Assembly: GCA_028877265.1 (NCBI GenBank)
Contig: JAPPGX010000191.1
Span: 66,144 to 130,143 of the forward strand
Source: Acidobacteriota bacterium
Lineage (GTDB): Bacteria > Acidobacteriota > Vicinamibacteria > Marinacidobacterales > Marinacidobacteraceae
DNA: 64,000 bases
Direction of reading: 5' to 3'
The notes under the pieces are model-generated. The model saw nothing but the letters and a program-made list of their open reading frames with translations, did no database searches and was not told the origin of the DNA. Shown one piece after another: positions 61,046-64,000 of this stretch. The translations under genes and the position numbers were made by a program. Position 1 is the first letter of the stretch; each line of letters begins with the position of its first letter.

Positions 61046-63832
61046 TCACGCGGCGTGGCACTTCTTGTACTTCTTCCCGCTGCCGCAGGGACACGGGTCG
61101 TTCCTCCCCACCTTCTTCTGGCCGCTCTTCACCTGGACGAGGCGGCCGCCCGCCGGCGCGGCGGCGGGCGCCGGAGCTCCCTCGGGAGCCTGCAGACCGC
61201 CGCCGCCAGCCCCTACCGCGGCGAGGCCGGCGCCCGCGTTCGAACCCGCTCCGCTGAACGTAAGCGGCCGCCTCGCCGGCGCGGGCGGTTTCGGGGCGGG
61301 GGCCGCCCGGACCGCCTTGAGCACGAACAGGAGGCGGACCGTTTCCCGCTCGATCCGGTCCCACATCTCCTCGAACAGAACGAAGGACTCCTTCTTGTAT
61401 TCGATCAGCGGGTTGCGCTGGCCGTAGCCGCGGAGTCCGATGCCCTGCTTGAGGTGGTCCATCGCGTAGAGATGGTCCTTCCACTGCGCATCCAGGATGT
61501 GGAGCATGATGTAGCGCTCCTGGATCCGCATCAGTTCGGCGCCGATCTCCGCTTCCTTCTCCGCGTAGCGGGCGGGCACCGCCTCCTCGAGCAGCGACTT
61601 CATCTCATCCCGGCCCAGTTCATTGAACGCGTGTCCGTCCGGCGACTCCGGGATGAAGCCGTACTGGCCGCGGATGCCTTCCTGGAGACCCGGGTAGTCC
61701 CACTCGTCCGGGTCCGTCTCGGTCGAGAGCCAGGTGTCGATGAGCGAATCGGCGGCGACCGCGGCGAGGTCGAGGACGTAGTCGCGCTGGTCCTGCCCTT
61801 CCAGGATGCGGCGGCGGAGGCCGTAGATCGCAACCCGCTGCTTGTTCATCACGTCGTCGTATTCGAGGAGGTGCTTGCGGTAGGCGAAGTTCTGCGCCTC
61901 GACCTGCTTCTGCGCGCGCTCGATGGCCCGCGTCACCATCCCGGCCTCCACCGGAACGCCTTCCTCCATCCCCAGACGCTGCATCAGTCCGCTCATCCGG
62001 TCGCTGCCGAAGATCCGCATCAGGTCGTCCTCGAGCGAGAGGAAGAAGCGGGAACTGCCGGGGTCCCCCTGGCGGCCGGCGCGGCCCCGGAGCTGGTTGT
62101 CGATCCGGCGGGCCTCGTGGCGCTCGGTGCCCACGATGTGGAGGCCGCCGAGCGCGACCACGTCGTCGTGGGCCGCCTTCGTTTCGTCCCGCGCCCGGGA
62201 CACCGCGCCTTCCCAGACCGCGGCCTCGGCCTCGGCCCAGTCCACCCCTTCCTTGCGGAGACGCGCCTTGGCGATTTCGTCCGGGTTCCCGCCGAGCAGG
62301 ATGTCCGTCCCGCGGCCCGCCATGTTCGTCGAGATCGTCACGGAGCCGCTCCGTCCCGCCTGGGCCACGATCTCGGCCTCTTTCTGGTGGTACTTGGCGT
62401 TCAGCACCACGTGCTGAACCTGCTGGCGCTTCAGCACCCGGGAGAGCCGCTCGCTCTTCTCGATCGAAGTGGTGCCGACGAGGATGGGACGGCCGCGCTG
62501 CTGCTCGGCCTTGATCTCCTCGGCGATGGCGTTCAGCTTCTCCCGCTCGGTCCGGTACACGACGTCCGCATGCTCCACCCGCACCAGATCGCGGTTCGTC
62601 GGGATCGGGACGACTTCGAGGTCGTAGATCTTCTCGAACTCCGCCGCCTCCGTCTCGGCGGTTCCGGTCATGCCCGCCAGCTTTCCGTACATGCGGAAGT
62701 AGTTCTGGAAGGTGATGGTGGCGAGCGTCTGGTTCTCCCGCTCGATCTTGACGTTTTCCTTGGCTTCGACCGCCTGGTGGAGGCCGTCGGACCAGCGCCG
62801 TCCCGGCATCAGGCGTCCGGTGAACTCGTCCACGATGACGACCTGGCCGTCCTTCACCGTGTAGTCCTTCTCCCGCTTGTAGAGAGCGTGGGCCCGGAGC
62901 GCCTGCAGCAGGTGATGGAGAAGCGTCATCTGGGCCGGGTCGTAGAGGTTGTCGACGTGCAGGAGTTCCTCGGCCTTCGGCACTCCCTCCTCGGTCAGGG
63001 TGACGGAGCGCGACTTCTCGTCCACCGTGAAGTCGAGCTCGCGGCGGAGTCTCGGAATGATCCGGTCCACCGTGTAGTACAGGTCGGTGGAGTCCTCGGC
63101 GGGGCCGCTGATGATGAGGGGGGTCCGCGCCTCGTCGATGAGGATCGAATCCACCTCGTCCACGATCGCGTAGTGGAAGAGCCGCTCCACCTGCTTGCCG
63201 TCGCGGTCGCGTTCGGTGCGCGGGTAGGTGCGATGGACGAAGTTCTCGGCGCGGAACTTCATGTTGTCCCGCAGGTAGTCGAAACCGAACTCGTTGTTGG
63301 TCCCGTAGGTGATGTCGGCCCCGTAGGCCGCGCGCCGCTCCTCGTCGCTCAGGTCGTGCTGGATCACACCGACGCTGAGGCCCAGGAACTTGTAGAGGCG
63401 GCCCATCCACTCCGAGTCGCGGCGCGCGAGGTAGTCGTTCACGGTGACCACGTGGACGCCCTTGCCGGAGAGCGCGTTCAGGACCGCCGGGAGGGTCGCC
63501 ACCAGCGTCTTGCCCTCGCCGGTCTTCATTTCGGCGATGCGGCCCCGGTGCAGGATGGCGCCGCCCAGGAGTTGCACGTCGAAGTGGCGCATTCCCAGCG
63601 TACGCCGGGCGCCTTCCCGGCACACGGCGAACACGTCGGCCATCAGCTCCTCAAGGGGCTCACCGTTCTCCGCGCGGGTGCGGAGCCCCGCGATCCGGCC
63701 GGCGAGTTCCGGATCCTCGAGTTCCTGCAGCTCGGGCTCGAGCGCGCCGACTTCGGCGACCCACGACCGGAGCCGTTTCAGTTCCCGGTCGGATTTCTTC
63801 CCGACGATCTTGGTCAGGACGTTCTGAAACAC
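61046..63832 (-). CDS. secA: Preprotein translocase ATPase SecA
   Basis: Walker A is [10 protein letters not shown]. Conserved SecA blocks: [33 protein letters not shown]. The C-terminal zinc finger is [13 protein letters not shown]. Confidence 0.95.
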   Translation of the reverse strand: MFQNVLTKIVGKKSDRELKRLRSWVAEVGALEPELQELEDPELAGRIAGLRTRAENGEPLEELMADVFAVCREGARRTLGMRHFDVQLLGGAILHRGRIAEMKTGEGKTLVATLPAVLNALSGKGVHVVTVNDYLARRDSEWMGRLYKFLGLSVGVIQHDLSDEERRAAYGADITYGTNNEFGFDYLRDNMKFRAENFVHRTYPRTERDRDGKQVERLFHYAIVDEVDSILIDEARTPLIISGPAEDSTDLYYTVDRIIPRLRRELDFTVDEKSRSVTLTEEGVPKAEELLHVDNLYDPAQMTLLHHLLQALRAHALYKREKDYTVKDGQVVIVDEFTGRLMPGRRWSDGLHQAVEAKENVKIERENQTLATITFQNYFRMYGKLAGMTGTAETEAAEFEKIYDLEVVPIPTNRDLVRVEHADVVYRTEREKLNAIAEEIKAEQQRGRPILVGTTSIEKSERLSRVLKRQQVQHVVLNAKYHQKEAEIVAQAGRSGSVTISTNMAGRGTDILLGGNPDEIAKARLRKEGVDWAEAEAAVWEGAVSRARDETKAAHDDVVALGGLHIVGTERHEARRIDNQLRGRAGRQGDPGSSRFFLSLEDDLMRIFGSDRMSGLMQRLGMEEGVPVEAGMVTRAIERAQKQVEAQNFAYRKHLLEYDDVMNKQRVAIYGLRRRILEGQDQRDYVLDLAAVAADSLIDTWLSTETDPDEWDYPGLQEGIRGQYGFIPESPDGHAFNELGRDEMKSLLEEAVPARYAEKEAEIGAELMRIQERYIMLHILDAQWKDHLYAMDHLKQGIGLRGYGQRNPLIEYKKESFVLFEEMWDRIERETVRLLFVLKAVRAAPAPKPPAPARRPLTFSGAGSNAGAGLAAVGAGGGGLQAPEGAPAPAAAPAGGRLVQVKSGQKKVGRNDPCPCGSGKKYKKCHAA

Positions 63833-63948
63833 GCGTCGGAGCCGGGTAAACCGGATGAATTTAGCATTTGGGGAGGGTCAGAGAGGTGGGCGTTTCCACC
63901 TGTGCTCGCCCCCGATCAGCTTCAGGTGCTCTCGTCGGTGCGCCATTC

Positions 63949-63987
63949 GGGGGGAAAGTGTGAAAGGGGGGCTGGCCCCCCTTTCAC
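63949..63987. other. Strong GC hairpin with mirror repeat at the window edge: GGGGGGAAAGTG / GTGAAAGGGGGG-CTGG-CCCCCCTTTCAC
   Basis: A 12-bp perfect stem with a 4-nt loop lies at 63960-63987. It is preceded by the mirror copy GGGGGGAAAGTG at 63949-63960. It sits in the non-coding region upstream of secA (which is on the minus strand). Confidence 0.5.
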
Positions 63988-64000
63988 AAGAAGACAGCGC

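Noticed and set aside
58015-61257. 1080-aa plus-strand ORF antisense to guaB and flanking genes
   Set aside because: It is antisense to IMPDH, which is unambiguous.
61620-63623. 667-aa minus-strand alternative-frame ORF within secA
   Set aside because: SecA is unambiguous in its own frame. The alternative is Arg/Pro/Gly-rich.
1-64000. Search for rRNA, tRNA, CRISPR arrays, transposases, integrases, phage or defence-system genes
   Set aside because: I found no cloverleaf-like tRNA candidates, no short-repeat/spacer arrays, and no DDE/tyrosine/serine recombinase motifs. The only repeat structures are the REP-like and MITE-like elements reported above.

Overview
This is a high-GC (roughly 70% by eye), gene-dense chromosomal window with about 40 credible protein-coding genes. 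I found no rRNA, tRNA, CRISPR array, transposase or integrase. The gene content suggests a Gemmatimonadota/Acidobacteriota-like soil bacterium (inference): carboxypeptidase-regulatory-domain TonB-dependent receptors, TIGR03436-type VWA proteins, a DUF5916 outer membrane protein and a sortilin/BNR protein. Most of the many long overlapping ORFs in the six-frame track are antisense/high-GC artefacts and are rejected. The track renders GTG/TTG starts as M.

The most unusual region is 35.0-46.8 kb. A tripartite RND efflux operon is split between its adaptor and pump genes by four lipid-tailoring-type genes: outer membrane factor (35002-36531), membrane fusion protein (36528-37745), then a Rieske non-heme-iron oxygenase, a divergently transcribed FAD amine-oxidase-like oxidoreductase and a GPP34/GOLPH3-like domain fused to a cytochrome P450, then the RND pump (42518-45721). 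Directly downstream and convergent is a strikingly Erg6-like sterol 24-C-methyltransferase homolog. I read this as a candidate previously undescribed sterol/triterpenoid-lipid modification-and-export module.

Other notable loci:
- A putative metal-uptake locus (1.0-9.4 kb): a TonB-dependent receptor carrying His/Glu-rich tandem repeats, a small Cys/His membrane-anchored protein, two ABC-2-type permeases with no ATPase gene in the window, and a secreted D-aminoacylase-family amidohydrolase.
- An iron/heme cluster (14.7-19.5 kb): erythrin-VIT1 MbfA-like exporter, heme oxygenase and CutA, preceded by a MITE-like element with 25-bp terminal inverted repeats.
- A cluster of REP-like palindromic repeats between convergent genes (22.46-22.70 kb).
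- An AT-rich promoter island with a 12-bp perfect palindrome upstream of a large TonB-dependent receptor-like gene followed by gamma-glutamyltranspeptidase.
- A degenerate (Walker A/B-defective) sigma-54 activator fragment at the window start.
- The housekeeping genes guaB and secA at the 3' end.
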